Source: Iphione sp. A-MEVVRFRX5
Taxonomy: Eukaryota
Direction: 5' to 3'
DNA length: 64,000 nucleotides
Assembly: GCA_976226885.1 (NCBI GenBank)
Contig: OZ320319.1
Location: forward strand, 21,762,001 to 21,826,000
The notes beneath the pieces were generated by a model, which worked only from the letters and a program-made list of their open reading frames with translations, was not told the origin of the DNA and searched no databases. The translations under genes and the position numbers were made by a program. Shown here one piece after another: positions 63,461-64,000 of this stretch (the first letter of the stretch is position 1; each line of letters starts with the position of its first letter).

Positions 63461-64000
63461 TGCAAATTTTTGACACAGTGAACAAGGCGAAAATTCCATG
63501 TACATTGCATATTTTCACTTTCGTAAATTAATCCTTTGTTAATCCAATAACTGCTCTATACATGCAATGAAGTGTGTTTTCACCATGTTTCCATATTACA
63601 TATACACGATGATATGCTCCAAAAACATGTCAAAACATATGCCATGAATTGTGGAAAATTGGACATTTCCCATTCTGAAATATGGGGCATGGCTACACAT
63701 TACATGCTTCATGCCCTACACTTACATGGATAAATGCATGTATACTCAAGTATTCCAAAATAATATTAACATTTTTTTACAGGCCTCACAGTGACATGCA
63801 TGCAAGGAGATTGAGCATAATACTAAATTACTACATGAAAGTATGGGGAAGGGGATAGGAAAGCAGTAGATAGGTTCTGCAGTATTTGTAGTTGGTGGTG
63901 GTTCTACGCAAATACATAGTTTTCTCTTTGTGAGTCTGAATTTTTCCTGTTGACCATATATTAGCAAATTTTAATCATAATGATTTTTATTTCTGATTAT

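Overview
This is eukaryotic (metazoan) genomic DNA with no prokaryotic operons, CRISPR arrays, rRNA or intact tRNA. It has about 40% GC by eye, many TACATGTA palindromes, poly-G runs, GA/CT microsatellites and five short N gaps. That fits a marine invertebrate such as a cephalochordate (inference, not proven). Most ORFs in the supplied track are artefacts of simple repeats. The first ~50 kb look like the intron-rich 5' part of an unidentified minus-strand gene: a CRE/ETS/Fox promoter near 50.15 kb, several candidate alternative first exons, and small internal exons at 10.3, 8.4 and 4.8 kb. Two acceptor|donor (YAG|GT) motifs inside the long intron resemble recursive splice sites. Tc1/pogo-type TA-flanked MITEs are scattered throughout. 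The 50.6-64 kb part is transposon-rich. It holds a 300-bp CAGGCCCG-TIR element in two full copies plus one fragment, a 72-bp palindrome beside a hammerhead-ribozyme core motif, a truncated CpG-depleted Gypsy relic (gag, zinc knuckle, RT with YLDD), two unclassified decayed ORFs, a diverged 380-bp direct repeat pair, and a frameshifted, spliced SGNH-hydrolase-like mini-gene. Nothing here is proven to be a new system. The best leads are the recursive-splice candidates, the SGNH mini-gene and repeat module, the odd MITE target duplication and the hammerhead core.
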